From Octopus sinensis (lineage: Eukaryota), in NCBI RefSeq assembly GCF_006345805.1, contig NW_021832120.1, positions 186,001-250,000 of the forward strand: a stretch of DNA of 64,000 nt, read 5' to 3'. A program made the position numbers and the translations under genes. The notes under the pieces were generated by a model that was not told the origin of the DNA, searched no databases, and saw nothing but the letters and a program-made list of their open reading frames with translations. Position 1 is the first letter of the stretch, and each line of letters starts with the position of its first letter. Below, piece by piece: positions 1-12,025 of this stretch.

Positions 1-59
1 GGGACGATCTCAATGCACTACGGGACGTCGCCTGTCGTCGCTCAGCCTTCTTAGCTGCA

Positions 60-690
60 GATTTAGCCTCCAGAGCACACGAAGTCAAATGAGAAGCAGA
101 AAAGGTGTCCCAGCAGGTTGCATCCCATACGAGGCCTTTTCCGCCTTCAGAAGGAGAGTAGAAGAAGAGTGCCAGAAGGAGAGTAGAATTTCCATGACAA
201 GTGTGTGGCTCGCGGAGACGGACGAGAAAAGCAGGTAACGATAGGTCGGAACATAAGCGGATGCCGAGCCCTTCAAAAGATAATGGGATGGTTGCCTGTC
301 TCCAACCCATATTGTCGAAGGGGGAATTGCATATGTTCTGAGTATAGGTGCGGATAAAGTGGTCAATGGAGGAAAGTCTCTCTGGAAAATCAAAACACGG
401 AGAAGAGCTCCCGAAGCAGACGGGATAGTGTCGGAATCAAAGATAAGGGAAGATGGTTGGCCGAAACTGGGTCAAACGGCGCCCGGTCGGAGGGGTTTGG
501 ACGCCATACAGGATAGCTTCGGACTGTGCCCAGGTATGAAGAACAATTCCAAGTGGAAATAGCGGACATTGCCTTCTTGGTCATTTTGGCACAGGACATG
601 TGAGATGGATTCGAACAAGTTGCGCAGTAGATCCACCGCTTACGACTGTTCGAAGTGTTGCAAATGATATAAATTTTCATTAGATCACGA
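60..690 (-). mobile_element. Internally deleted CRE-like (RLE-type) non-LTR retrotransposon derivative
   Basis: Minus-strand frames give in order a PHD-like segment (IC..CATC..HMSC..WNC, ORF 390-680), the post-RT motif GWRQATIPLSFEGLGIRLCSDLSLPAFL (~200-300) and the endonuclease motif EGGKGLVWDATCWDTFSASHL (~90-160); the RT core is missing. Confidence 0.75.
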
Positions 691-739
691 ACACCACGTC
701 AACCAACCCAGCACGTTTGGATGCAGGATTGTAGCCGGA

Positions 740-2790
740 CTTGGTCCCAAACAAATTGCTTATACTGATCCTCTGGGATTTCCAATCCTAGCGAGTGCCA
801 CTTTAGGACCGCCTATGATATCTCAGAGGACACGTAATGTTCAAAATCGGTTGGGAGAACCGTGCCCATGAATTTCTGGCACGAAGAAAGTGACGACAGG
901 TAGGCAGGCAGTGCGACATCATTCGAAGTCCAAGGCCTCCGTGGCGTACGGGGAGTGAAGCTTGAGTCCACCATAAAGAGTCGAACTCGACATTGCATAT
1001 TGATTCGATCTTCGAACGAAGAAAGTCGCCGAGATCAGTGAGAATGTCCTCATGTAGGTAACAAGATGCACTTCTGAGGGAGTAGAGTAATTTAGACAGG
1101 GCGAAGAAGTTTCTCGCAAGAAACAGGCCGACGTGGCTGTCCAAAAACGTGAGGCGGTCCAGCAAACCAGTTAGCGTGGAATGTTTAGTAAGAAGATCAC
1201 TCTTAATAGCGGTCGGCAGGATGGGGGATCCGAGGATCCGGAGATCATTTACATCAGTCGTGCGCACTTGGCCAAGACCAGTGCGGAGGGACGATGATAG
1301 GTCGTCAAGGCGTTTATCAGGAAGGTTGAGACTGACTAATTCGGATTTGGTGGGGTTATTTTCCAGTCCAATCCTCAGAAGTGCAGGTGCCAACGATAAA
1401 TCGTCTTTGAAAATCGTCTCTGGGGAGCCGCCAATAGTGGAATCGTCCAGATACCAAATATTCAGTTCGGAAGAAACCGACCGAGCTATTCCATTTATTC
1501 CCAAGGCAAAGAGAAGGGGACCTAGTGGATCGCCCTGTTGAACTCCCGTACTTGAAGGAATAATATTCGAACCGAATACTAGAGAGCTAGGTCTTCCATA
1601 TGACAAGAGCGCCAGGGGGTACAAAACTCCGAGTTGAACAAGTCCGAAAAATAGATCAGAAGAAACGAGCCTGCAAGCAAGCTTAGCAGCCAGCCTTCTG
1701 AAGACATTTCCGACAGCGATGGGGCGAACTCCACCATCGGTCTTCCTAAAGGCAGTGAGATTGGCAGAGAAGAATAAGTCACGTGCATACGGGATAAGGT
1801 CGCCGGAGAAAAACCGATTGCAAAGGGCTGTGATTGCCTTCACCAGGCGGGTTCTTGCCTCGCCTGTAACCGGGGACGTCAGGTCACGTAGGTGGTCAGG
1901 ACGAAGACCGTCCACGCCACCACTGCTGCTGAGGGGGAAACTCGCGATGCAGCTTAAGATCTCCGAGGGTGTAAAGGAATGTGTAGGGGTTCCAGAGAGG
2001 ACTGACAAAGCACGGAGGTCGGTGGGGGCAGCCGGATGTTTAAGTTTGAGTGACTCGAGAAGCTCTTCCGACGGAGGTAGAACAATGTCATCGGAAGCCA
2101 CAAGGCGAACAGCTGCTTTAACATCATTTTCCATAAGCTTGGCGTGGACTGTATTACGAAGGTTAGTACGTTCAGGTTTATTTGTTAAAGAAGGCTCAAG
2201 TACAACGGGGGGAATGGGAAGAACCGTGAATAGGTTTTTGTCGAAGAGGGTCAAATTTTCCTCTAATTGCGAAGTCAGTGAACTGCCCTGTAAGGTGTGC
2301 CAATTGCCATGGAACCAAAGCAAAATAATTTCAGCCAATCAGCAGGCTGGTCAGAATCAAGGGCGTTTACAATGGTCTTAGTGAGCGAGTCAGCGACGGC
2401 AATCCGAGCTGCTTTCGGAATTTTTATGCATATCTTCCGTGCGCGGCGCAGACCGGCAACAGTGGATAACAAATCCTCGAAGGGGATGTCACAAACAACC
2501 GGGCGAGACGGAAGTGGGGGATTTTGAAGGGATACTGGCTTTAGGGGACATGCACTGAGACACGCTGGATATTTCCAGATTGCAAGGGCTGCAGATGATA
2601 ACTTAGTTAAGCCGGCACAAGATAGGTGCACATCTCTCTGACAGTCAAAGCACTTTCTCGCCTTCTTGCGAGTGTTATTGGTTAAGCAAATTAAGCATTG
2701 GAATGTTTGAAACGATTGAATATGAGATGGGATCATAGATAGGTGAGAATACAAGAATTCAAGAATATAAGAATGAGTACAAGAATATAA
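740..2790 (-). mobile_element. CRE-like non-LTR retrotransposon (PHD finger + reverse transcriptase), frameshifted, 3' endonuclease missing
   Basis: ORF 2275-2754 has CLIC..CFDC..HLSC..WKYPAC; ORF 803-2338 has GGVRPIAVG, VQQGDPLGPLLF, WYLDD and WTQASLPVRHGGLG; homology continues in shifted frames to ~745. Confidence 0.9.
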
Positions 2791-3299
2791 GAATGAATTT
2801 TGGTTAGTCGAAAATTAATTTAAAGATTTAAACTTCAAAGACAACAATGTCACAACCACTATAGATAGGTCTAAACCCATCGATAGTAAAAAAAATAAAA
2901 TTGTCTTTGAAATGATTAATAGAAAATGTCAAATCCCCTATAAACAACACCACTTTCCTTTATATTTATCCTTCATTTTTTTTCCAAGTAGTTCAGCAAA
3001 ATTCCATTCTACATTGTAATTTGTATCTTGATAAATATCTAGAGCGTATGCAATTGTATTATCCTTCATTTGTTGACTCGAGACAATCCAAAACCATCAT
3101 AATTAGATTCTTCAAAGTTCAACTCATGAAATTTTGGAATGCTAGTTACAGAACCCATTTACATATTTTCGATTCATATTTCTTTTATACCCATTATTAT
3201 AATTATAATATGACCGCAAGGGTGCGTGGAGTGCATTGCAGATGTTCTTCCTGAAATTGAGTCCACAAACTTTTCAATCGGAAGGCTATTAATTTTTTG

Positions 3300-4637
3300 A
3301 AAATACTCGATCTGAAAAAAAATACAGTTTTTTTGAGTAACATTTTTTATCCGAAATACGTAAACAAAAGGCCGTCTTTTAAATTCAGCTTCTTGTGTGA
3401 ATCGACAGGATCAGTTCCATTGTCAATTTTCTCTAACATCGCATCAAATTTAATTTTGTTGAAGTTCGCTTTAAATGAGCGGATGATTCCCTGATCCATA
3501 GGTTGTAAAATTGTGGTCGTTTTTGCAGGAAGGTATAGCAGTTCAATTGATACTAAATTCGAGTAAATTTTATGTGAAGGGCATCGATCCACAACAAGCA
3601 GAATTTTGTTTTTTTTCTTTTGAAAATCACGATTCCATGGAAGAAGCCATTCGTTGAAAATTTTGCTAGCCATCCACGACCTTTCAGAATGTCTATAATC
3701 AATATGTTTTTCCACATTAAAATTCTTAAAGCATCCAGGTTTCTTAAATTTTCCAATCATCAATGGACTTTTTTATCTGTCCCCGTCATATTTGCACACA
3801 GCAACAAAGAAAATCCAAAATATAAGAAATACAATAAACCGGTCTTTTAGCATTTTTTTCCCTAGGCGATTTTTCTGTCAAACACTTTTTGAAGGAATAT
3901 TTTTGTAGAATATTCGTGTTTCGTCGGCGTTATAAATATTTGCAGGTTCATATTCTTGCAATTTTGTGAAAATTACTGAGATAAAAGAATTTATTTCTTC
4001 TTCAAAGTTTACGTTAGTCATATAAGACTCTCCGTGAAAAGTTCTTAACTTAATATTGTTCCGTTTCTTGAATTTAGAGAGCCAGCCATTGCTAGCCTTG
4101 AAATCAGTAATTCCATGTAGATCGGCGACTTTTTTTGCTTTCAAAAGAATAGAATTATCGTCCATAAATCCGCCACGAAGTTCGAGATGTTCCATCCATT
4201 TCATAACTTCTGTATCAATAGTTGAATATGTTAGATTGAATAGTCGTTTTTTGCTTGAGAAAAGAGGATCACTATCAAGTATTTTTTGTTTTTCAAGCCT
4301 CAGATCATTGATTGATCTTCGGGAAATTTTTTTTAAAACGGAAGAGAAAACAGAGGCTATATGTTCCATTGTCATATGCTTGTTATCATCGATGTAGGCT
4401 ATTATGCGTCTTTTTTCAATGAACGTCAGTCTAGTACACTTGCGCATGTTGGATGAAGCGTGGTTAAAATTATTTTATATTTAAAGTCAGTTTAACCAAA
4501 AGAAAATTTTTTTTAATAATTACAAATAGTGGCGAGATTTAGAATTTGGCGAGCAATAGAGGTTTCTTTAGAAATTCTCAATTTTTTGGAAAAAATGTGG
4601 CGAGCAATAGAGGTGGCGACCAATAGAGGTTTGACTG
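3300..4637 (-). mobile_element. Tigger/pogo-family DNA transposon (CENP-B HTH + DDE_1), disrupted, one terminus retained
   Basis: ORF 3878-4447 (FKASNGWLSKFKKR, IYNADETRIFY) and ORF 3347-3763 (LLVVDRCPSH, TTILQPMDQGIIRSFK); TA-flanked terminus CAGTCAAACCTCTATTG at 4621-4637 with subterminal GGCGA(G/C)CAATAGAGG repeats; no partner TIR found. Confidence 0.88.
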
Positions 4638-4719
4638 TACCTGCAAAATAAAAGAATATATTGATAAAAGAATGAAATTATGAAAATTGTTAACGGAGAA
4701 AAAAATTTTTCGCCTATGG

Positions 4720-4858
4720 AAAAGTTGCGACTACTCCAATGTCAGGCAACTACATGTTCTGTGGAGCGTTCATTTTCAATTCTCCATAAAATTTAGACAA
4801 AAGATCGGAATTTTAAACCGGAGAACCTTAAATTTTATATGATTCTTTATAACTCCTG
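4720..4858 (+). mobile_element. hAT transposase C-terminal dimerisation-domain remnant
   Basis: Translates to QCQATTCSVERSFSILHKI*TKDRNFKPENLKFYMILYNS; the (T/S)xSxERxFS motif is typical of hAT C-termini. Confidence 0.65.
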
Positions 4859-4964
4859 ATTTAAAAAAATTCTTGGCTCTTTTTAGGTCAACTTTTAGGT
4901 CAACTTTCGATTTTTTTTGACTCAATTTAGTTGACTTTTAGAGGTCATTTTTTGATATTTTTGG

Positions 4965-5070
4965 AGCCGAGATACCACGAGGACACTCAGCTGAACAATT
5001 ACTTTTAAGCAGAAGTAGAAAATGAAGCGAAGAAGAGAACTCACTGACGATCTGAATTTTTAATTAAATA
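4965..5070 (+). repeat. Dispersed repeat, shorter copy of the segment inserted at 41165-41420 (opposite strand)
   Basis: Shares GAGGACACTCAG(C/T)TGAACA..TTACTTT..GCAGAA and AGCGAAGAAGA..GAA(C)TCACTGACGATCTG with the reverse complement of 41165-41290. Confidence 0.7.
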
Positions 5071-5299
5071 ATTTAAAATAGAATGCCTATGCCGCAGGTG
5101 TGCCTCGGTCGGTTCCATTTTTCAAAAAAAATTACCAGATGGGTTATTTTTATTTCCTAGAAAGATTTCTCATTTTTTATTTTCAAATTATTAACTATTT
5201 TTGGAATCTCGAATCGTTTGTCGTAAATAAATATAGTATCGTAAGCTTTTTTCCGACATCCCTTGAGTAAACTCGATCCCGCGCTGTATAACTTCGAAC

Positions 5300-6180
5300 G
5301 CATTAGCCATTTCATTTTCAGAAGGTCTTTTTTAAGTAAAATCTTATTTTATATCTTCTTCATCACTGTCATTGATTCTTTGAATTGTAGACAATACTTA
5401 GTCTTCTTCAATATGACAGTCTGTTTTAGCATTACTGTCCACCAAAACATATTCGTTGACATCCATCTCATCATTAATATTCAATGTTGAAATCAGTTGA
5501 TTCAATAGATTTTGATCAACAATTTCTTTTCTCGAATTTTAAAGTTTCGACAGTTTTTTGGTAATGTGCCTACAAACTATGTATTATTCCGGAATTCAAT
5601 GGTTGTAAGTAACTTGTTGTTGGAAGCAAAAAGTGCACTTCAATATTCGATAACGTCGAAATAATGTGGCATGGACATTGTCCAAAATTGTAAGTATTTT
5701 TCTCCCACAGCATTTCATTTGATTATCCAATCTTGAAATATAATTGATGTCATCTATGATTTAGTATTAAATCTGTAATCCGAATATAAATGATAATATA
5801 AACCTTTGGAAAAACGCGGATTATTAGATTTTCCAATCACAAGTGGACGGAGTTTTTCGCTCCCATCTTAATTATAACATAAAACAATTGTAATTCTTTC
5901 AATTGTAAAAAATTTTGATGTCAACGTTCAACACAATCACATCCCGGCTTTAGTTTTATATATGATTATGTTTAAGAGCCCCGTGTCTTCAGTTTCTGTG
6001 ATATCATCATAAAGTGATCCAAGCTTGTTTCTTAATTATCTCAAAGCAGCTTCCAAGTATAGAATCAATAAAATTAGGGATAATGAATCACTTTGGAAGT
6101 TTCCTGTATTATTGTTAATCTTCGAAATTTTGTAATTCCAAATTTTACACTGAGAGAAGTATTTAAAAGAAGTAGCCTAG
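5300..6180 (-). mobile_element. Degenerate Tigger/Jerky-like transposase remnant
   Basis: Stop-interrupted frames give DGSEKLRPLVIGKSNNPR, KILTILDN, SYLQPLNSGIIHSL and an acidic tail MDVNEYVLVDSN..DSDEED. Confidence 0.75.
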
Positions 6181-7329
6181 TTATTTTTACACTGTCTTGA
6201 TCAGCAATATAAGCAAGTTGAGTAGTTTATTCCGATCAATCCAATCAAACGCTTTGCTGAGGTCAATTCCGAGGATATGTATAATAACTTTATACTTCTG
6301 ACATTCCAAATACATTTTTTGTTATTTTGGTTTTTGACGATGAAAACAGAAACCTTTCTGACGACCAATCTACGGAGACTATTAAAAGAAAACACCAAAA
6401 TACCGTAAATAATGTGGTCCATTATGTGCTCGGGCACAAGAAATGGTCAATTGTGAGGTCTCAGTTTATCTTCTATCGCTTCAGGCTTAAAAGTGAAAAC
6501 CGGAAACAATGTGCTTGTGATGTGGTTGAGTCTGCAAAGTCGAGATTTAAAAGGATACTCAAGGATTGATGGCCACTAATTAATTAGTCCTTCAATATGA
6601 AGTTTGGGACATCGAAATTGGTAACAAACCTCAAGGCCTTGCTTTCAACTAGAGGTGCTTGAAGCCCAGTGTGTGGCCTGCCATCCAAAGAATCCCATAT
6701 AATATTCTTTTTAACTGATTTCTTTGGAAAGAAAAACAAAATGATTTATCTATTGTTTTTGAAATCGAAATAGCCAATTTTTGTTTAATAGATACATTCA
6801 AAGACATCTAATCTTGTAGACTACTATTTTTGCAAATAAAGGCATATTCATTCATGATTTCTGTCGTATTTAAAAAATAGTGAAATAGTTTTCACTTGAT
6901 TTATTCACCATCGGTAAATAATTTTCCTTTTTTTGCGATCTCGTGACTTATCAAAAAACTGGAAGCTATTATTTAAACACTGAAATCTCAATTTAAATAT
7001 TTTTAGCAAGTTCTTCTCAGCTTTCTTTTTGAGTCACCAATTGAATATTTTTGCAAATTGCTTTGTGTTAAAATGGTTCTCTAAATTTGATTTTTGGGTA
7101 CTGTTGCATTTCATCCTGCGCGAAAATAGCTTCTAAATGAATTAATGAAAATTTTTATGAATATTAGATCGAAAATTTAAAAAATTGAACTATGCCGATT
7201 TTGTAAATTTTATTCTATTTTTTTTTAAATTTGAATTTTTTACCGGCTTGTGGAGATGAATGATACAGTTGTCAGGCGAAAATTTGCAAAACTGTAGGAC
7301 TATGAACTTCCCCGTACTGAAATGCAGTC

Positions 7330-7710
7330 AGTTGCCTTCCTTCAAGAGGTTGGAATCTTTCCCAAAGAAAAAAAGTTCTATTAGAAACGGTATAAGAGAG
7401 TACTTTATTTTTAGGTACGTCGCTCGAAGGCACGAAAGTGACCTTACAGTCATGTATTCGCTTTATGTACATGTGGAGTTTCGACAGACACAGTATTTTA
7501 TGGTGTCGGCTTCAACTGGAATGGACCAACCATACAATTCGTAATTGGTCTCACTCCCCCCCGCAATACAGGAAAATATCGCACCGGGATCAGTGATACA
7601 CACTGACAAATGGAAGGGTAATTCTACTTTATTCTTGCTAATAGGTTATTCAACGCCAGATCTCAATGCTCTTGCTTATGTGCACCTTACAGTTAATCAC
7701 AAGTTGCCCA
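7330..7710 (+). mobile_element. ISXO2/Merlin-like transposase remnant
   Basis: Fragments AFLQEVGIFPKEK, IQENIAPGSVIHTDKWKG and HLTVNH match ISXO2-type motifs. Confidence 0.65.
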
Positions 7711-7727
7711 TAATTCGTTTATAAATT

Positions 7728-7990
7728 TGTTGGACTGGATAGAGGGAACGGCAAACGCCCAGACGGCATGTCCACCTTTCCATACGAGCAGGGGAAATCC
7801 CTTATTTGGGATTCTACCTGTTTGGACACGTTTTCGCTCGATAAATCTTACTCCAATCGCCGTGGAGTCTTCTGGGATCTTCGGCCCCAAGACACTCCGC
7901 TTCCTTCGCTCGGTCGACGAGGGAGGCTGGCCGGGTGTCTCGTGAGGCCATTGGCTTAGCTATCTTTTAACTTTTATAAATTAAGAAGTT
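7728..7990 (+). mobile_element. 5'-truncated CRE-like retrotransposon 3' end (RLE domain)
   Basis: [34 protein letters not shown], then [17 protein letters not shown], followed by A-rich sequence. Confidence 0.85.
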
Positions 7991-8555
7991 CTGAAAAAAA
8001 ATTAAAACGTATAAAAAAGTTACAACTAAATAAAGTGAAATGAATGAATTTATTTATTTAAAAGAAAAAGCCGAAAAGAGAGAGAAAGTTAATGAGACAA
8101 AGTATGTCTCTTCTGTGTTGTTTCCCTCTTTTTTATGTTTAATTCCAGATTCAAGAGGGAAAGGCTCTCTCAAAAACACTTCCAATCGTTTCTGTCGCGT
8201 CTTCCATCTCTTGAGAGATGGGTTGGTCCAGCTGGAGTCCATTTGCCAATTTGATGGCATAAATAAAGTAAACTCTCGCAAATTTGCCATTTTTGACACA
8301 TACAAATTTTATTATAATTTTATTTTTTACTTAAAATAGATAAATAAAAATAAAAAATTGAAAAGGCTTACTTAAAACTTGAAAGAGCCACTAAAGGCAC
8401 GCAAGCCAGTTTTTGCCGAACTAGAGAATAAACAAAAGTTGTCAAAAATAAGAATTTTTTTAATTATGATTTTTGTATATTTCTAAACGTGCATTGAATG
8501 ATAGAATAGTTTGAAAAAATAATAAAATATTAATTCTTGACATAATTATTTAATT

Positions 8556-9733
8556 ATGAAGTCAATTATTTTTTGGGTCATTTTTCTGACATATATTTGT
8601 GCAACCTTTAAAATTCAAATCAAAGTCGGCAAGAAAAGAAAAAATTCAACTAGTTTATATGACACGAAAAGTAATCAGCGATGGGATGAGTTCACTAAAA
8701 AATTTGGTTGACAGTTAAAATATACAATTTTTAGCAAAAAAATACAATCAGACAGAGCTGTTAAAAAGACGGCGAATTTTTCAAAATAATTTAGCTCTGA
8801 TTGATAGACACAATTTGGAATTTAAAAGAAATGCTACGTCTTTCCAACTAGAAATAAACTCGTTTGCAGATATGGTCGTTTTGTGCTAAAATATTCCCAG
8901 GCAGAGGATGAATTTCTAAAGCTACACAAATTAAATTATTTTAGCACAAGTCACTACGGAACTTCTTTTTTTTCAGAAAATGAAAGAGATTTTGCGGAAA
9001 ACTATGACATTCCATTATCTTTTGACTGGAGAAATGAAAATGTAGTCACAAGTGTTAAAAATCAGCTTAATTGTGGATCATGTTATATATTTAGCCCGGT
9101 TTGTAAATAAATAGTTACTCTCCAGATTGCCAGTCTCGAAAGTCAATATGCGATTAAACATGGCAAGTTGGTTAGTTTTAGTGAACAAAACGTGCTTGAT
9201 TGCTGTAAGTATTGTGGATGTAAAGGCGGACATCCGGATGACGTTTATGAATATATTATTCAAAATGGGGGAATCAGCACAACTGAGCAATACCCTTATC
9301 TTGGAATGGTTTATGAAACTACTTTATCATAGAAAGAAGAATGTAGATATAAAAACAATCCAATAGCAGTCACAGACTATGTCAATACTTACTATTCCGA
9401 ATCAATGGCGTTAAGAACCTTACTGAAAATTGGTCCTATTGGGATTACAATTTGTATACCAAAATATTTTTATTTTTATTCAGGAGGTATAAATGTGTAG
9501 CATTATAGGAATCTTGGATGATACTGAATGTAAAGGCTTACATGGAGCGTGTCTCGTTGGATATGGGGTAGATAATGGAAAAGAATACTGGCTCATAAAA
9601 AACAGGCATTGAAATTAAATATAAAAATAGTTGGGGTAGTGCTTGGGGGGAAGATGGGTACCTTAGAATCGTAAGGAACAAAAATGACCAGTCGTCACGT
9701 GAAATTAACGTTCATTATCCGCTTCTTGGTTAA
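8556..9733 (+). CDS. Cathepsin L-like papain-family (C1A) cysteine protease, 7 exons
   Basis: Spliced protein has a signal peptide ([16 protein letters not shown]), an ERFNIN-like propeptide ([27 protein letters not shown]), [25 protein letters not shown] and KNSWG. Introns 8707-8734, 8875-8900, 9099-9125, 9309-9332, 9487-9508 and 9606-9630 (GC-AG) keep the frame open to TAA at 9731-9733. Confidence 0.93.
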
Positions 9734-10287
9734 TTAAATAAAAATGAGACATCCTTGGTTATAATTTTAAATCGCAACAGAATTTATAACAGACGATAAA
9801 GTTGCCTTTTCTTTAAAAAAAATTCTGAAACTTATAAATATTTAAACATTCATTTCGAATTTATCCTTCGAGATTCTCTCATATACAAAAGAGCATTTTT
9901 GAGATAAGTTTTATTTATGGTTTATTGTTTTCTTCCAAATATTGACCTAATTTAAAGAAATTTTATATAATCGGTACTATATCTTATGATACAGAATTAA
10001 TTTGTTTTTGTACGATATCCTTAGTTAAATAATGAAGATATCCTTAGTTAAATATGCTTCCAGATAATTATCATAAGTTTTAAAAAAGTTTTTCAACATC
10101 GATATTTCGCATGACTTTTTTTCACCAGAAATTGTTTTGAAAAAAGTTGATGACGTTTCTTTAAACGATCAAACCACTCATTGAAAGCTTTAAAATCGGG
10201 TAAATTTACAATTTTGACTGTTTTTATCAGTAGGTTGTAATGATGGTCTGGAGACTACTAAATTATCATTCCCTAATCTATAAAAAA

Positions 10288-11298
10288 TGTCACCGGTTGA
10301 GAGTGATACCAGGCTGAGAACGATCGCGCAAAATCGATTTAGCCGAGTGCCGTAACACCAATAGTTAACGGCAAACGACCGAGAAGGTTAAATACAAGTC
10401 ATTAAGTATCCAAACCTAATAAACTTTCATTTTAGTATGCTTTCCTCTTACTTAAAATCTTTACTTATTTGTCATTCTTTAAGCAAGTCTTCTATTGTTA
10501 GTATTCTTAAAAATCTACAACATACTTAGTGATTAGGTCAACGGATAGTCTCACGGGTGTTGAAATACTATCTATATCTACTGTGACCATCTTTTCTGAT
10601 ATTTGAGACTCCAGGTCACAATGGGAACACTAAATGGCTGACAACTCAGAGATCCATAAGGCAAGATATTAAGAAAAATTCATTTAAAGAAAAACAAGTC
10701 TTTTAATTTATTTCTAAACTGTCCAAGTCTTTCGCCTGACATTGGCAGCATGGTTTGAGAACTGACATAACCTCACTTCTACAAGATCCATAAACAGTAT
10801 CTTTAAAAAGAAAAAGCAGTTTGTCTCGACCAGGATGTAAATTTTTTAGATGGAGATTTTCGATAAACAGTTTCTTTTCTTCTACTTCCTCGAGAGCCAA
10901 GGTACAGAATAAGATCCCGGATGCTTTGAGGTAAACAATGTCATTTTTAGAGTCCGACAATCTGAATAATGATGCCGTTCTCCTGAAATTCGACTCATTC
11001 TGATTCTGAGTCACTTCATCTGGAATTTCACCATCCTTTAGAAACGCTATAATTTCCTCCTTTTTCTTTCAGAAAATTTCGAATCTCATATGAGGTCAGC
11101 CATTCTAAAAAATTAAAATTTTCTTTCTTTTTTAAATTAAAAAATCTAAAGTGATGCATTCTGTGGTTATATTCATTTAATTTTTTGATAATCTATATTT
11201 TTTGAGGTTTCGATTTAGCGTAGCAACGGCATGTCGTTAACGGCAAAATCGATTTTCCGCGATCATTCTCAGCCTGGAATCACTCTCAACCGGTGACA
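10288..11298 (-). mobile_element. Ginger/TDD-like TIR transposon, non-autonomous, with an integrase HHCC remnant
   Basis: About 50-bp inverted repeats TGTCACCGGTTGAGAGTGAT(A/T)CCAGGCTGAGAA(C/T)GATCGCG at both ends; flanks AAAAA/GAAAA; ORF 10703-11014 contains HLKNLHPGRDKL..CCQCQ. Confidence 0.8.
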
Positions 11299-11769
11299 GA
11301 AAATTAAGCGTGTTTAATAATTACTTTTTAAATAAAGTAAAAATAACCTTGTTAAAATAAACGTTTGTAACTATTATTTGGTTCTCTAAAAGGCTCAAAA
11401 CCTTCACATCTATCAAAATTATATATGTCTTGCTTGATTCTAGAAATAGTCAATAAGGGACGGAATTGCATTGTGCGACAAAATCTTTACCAAGTTTTTG
11501 ACCCTTTAGAGGCAATAATGCCAAAAGTTCTTGCTAAAGAAGCCTCGATGCATATAAAGAACAAACAGAGAAAAATTTACGACTAAATATTGTACAAATT
11601 ACAACAATCATATATAAAAAATAAGCATAAAAATAAAAAAATTAAAAGACCCTAGTTAAGACTTAAATAGCCATTAAAGTCTCTCGAGCCAGCTTTCGCC
11701 TATCCCTTCCTAGTTCATTAAGAACGGTCTGTATTGGTGCTACTAAAAACAGAGATTTAATACAACTAA

Positions 11770-11930
11770 TCCGATTATATCCTTTCTTCATTTTCAGATA
11801 TAGCTCTCGTCAACTCCAAAGATTCTTACCGTTTTAAGATTGCTCGTTTCTACTGCGGCCTTCATTACTTGTAGTTAGAAAGAAGCGTCATAAGACGTTT
11901 TTTCCAGGTTACCACCATACAGGTTGAATT
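11770..11930 (-). mobile_element. pogo-type transposase N-terminal (Brinker-like HTH) remnant
   Basis: KTSYDASF*LQVMKAAVETSNLKTVRIFGVDESYI*K*RK resembles the SYxAxFKLxV..FGVDE..WRK pattern. Confidence 0.5.
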
Positions 11931-12025
11931 TACTTGCATAATTCATTGCCATTCTATATTTAAAATCATCTAACATAAAATTGATTATCGTCAATTGAAT
12001 TTGATTTTGTTTAGTAAAGTACTTA

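Noticed and set aside
1149-2527. Long plus-strand ORFs (1149-1541, 1719-2381, 2297-2527)
   Set aside because: Antisense shadows of the GC-rich RT frame; the same applies to 19902-20189, 21458-21769, 30220-30549 and 58889-59323.
8050-8330. GC-richer island with open frames
   Set aside because: No family motif recognised in any frame; probably a TE relic but unassignable.
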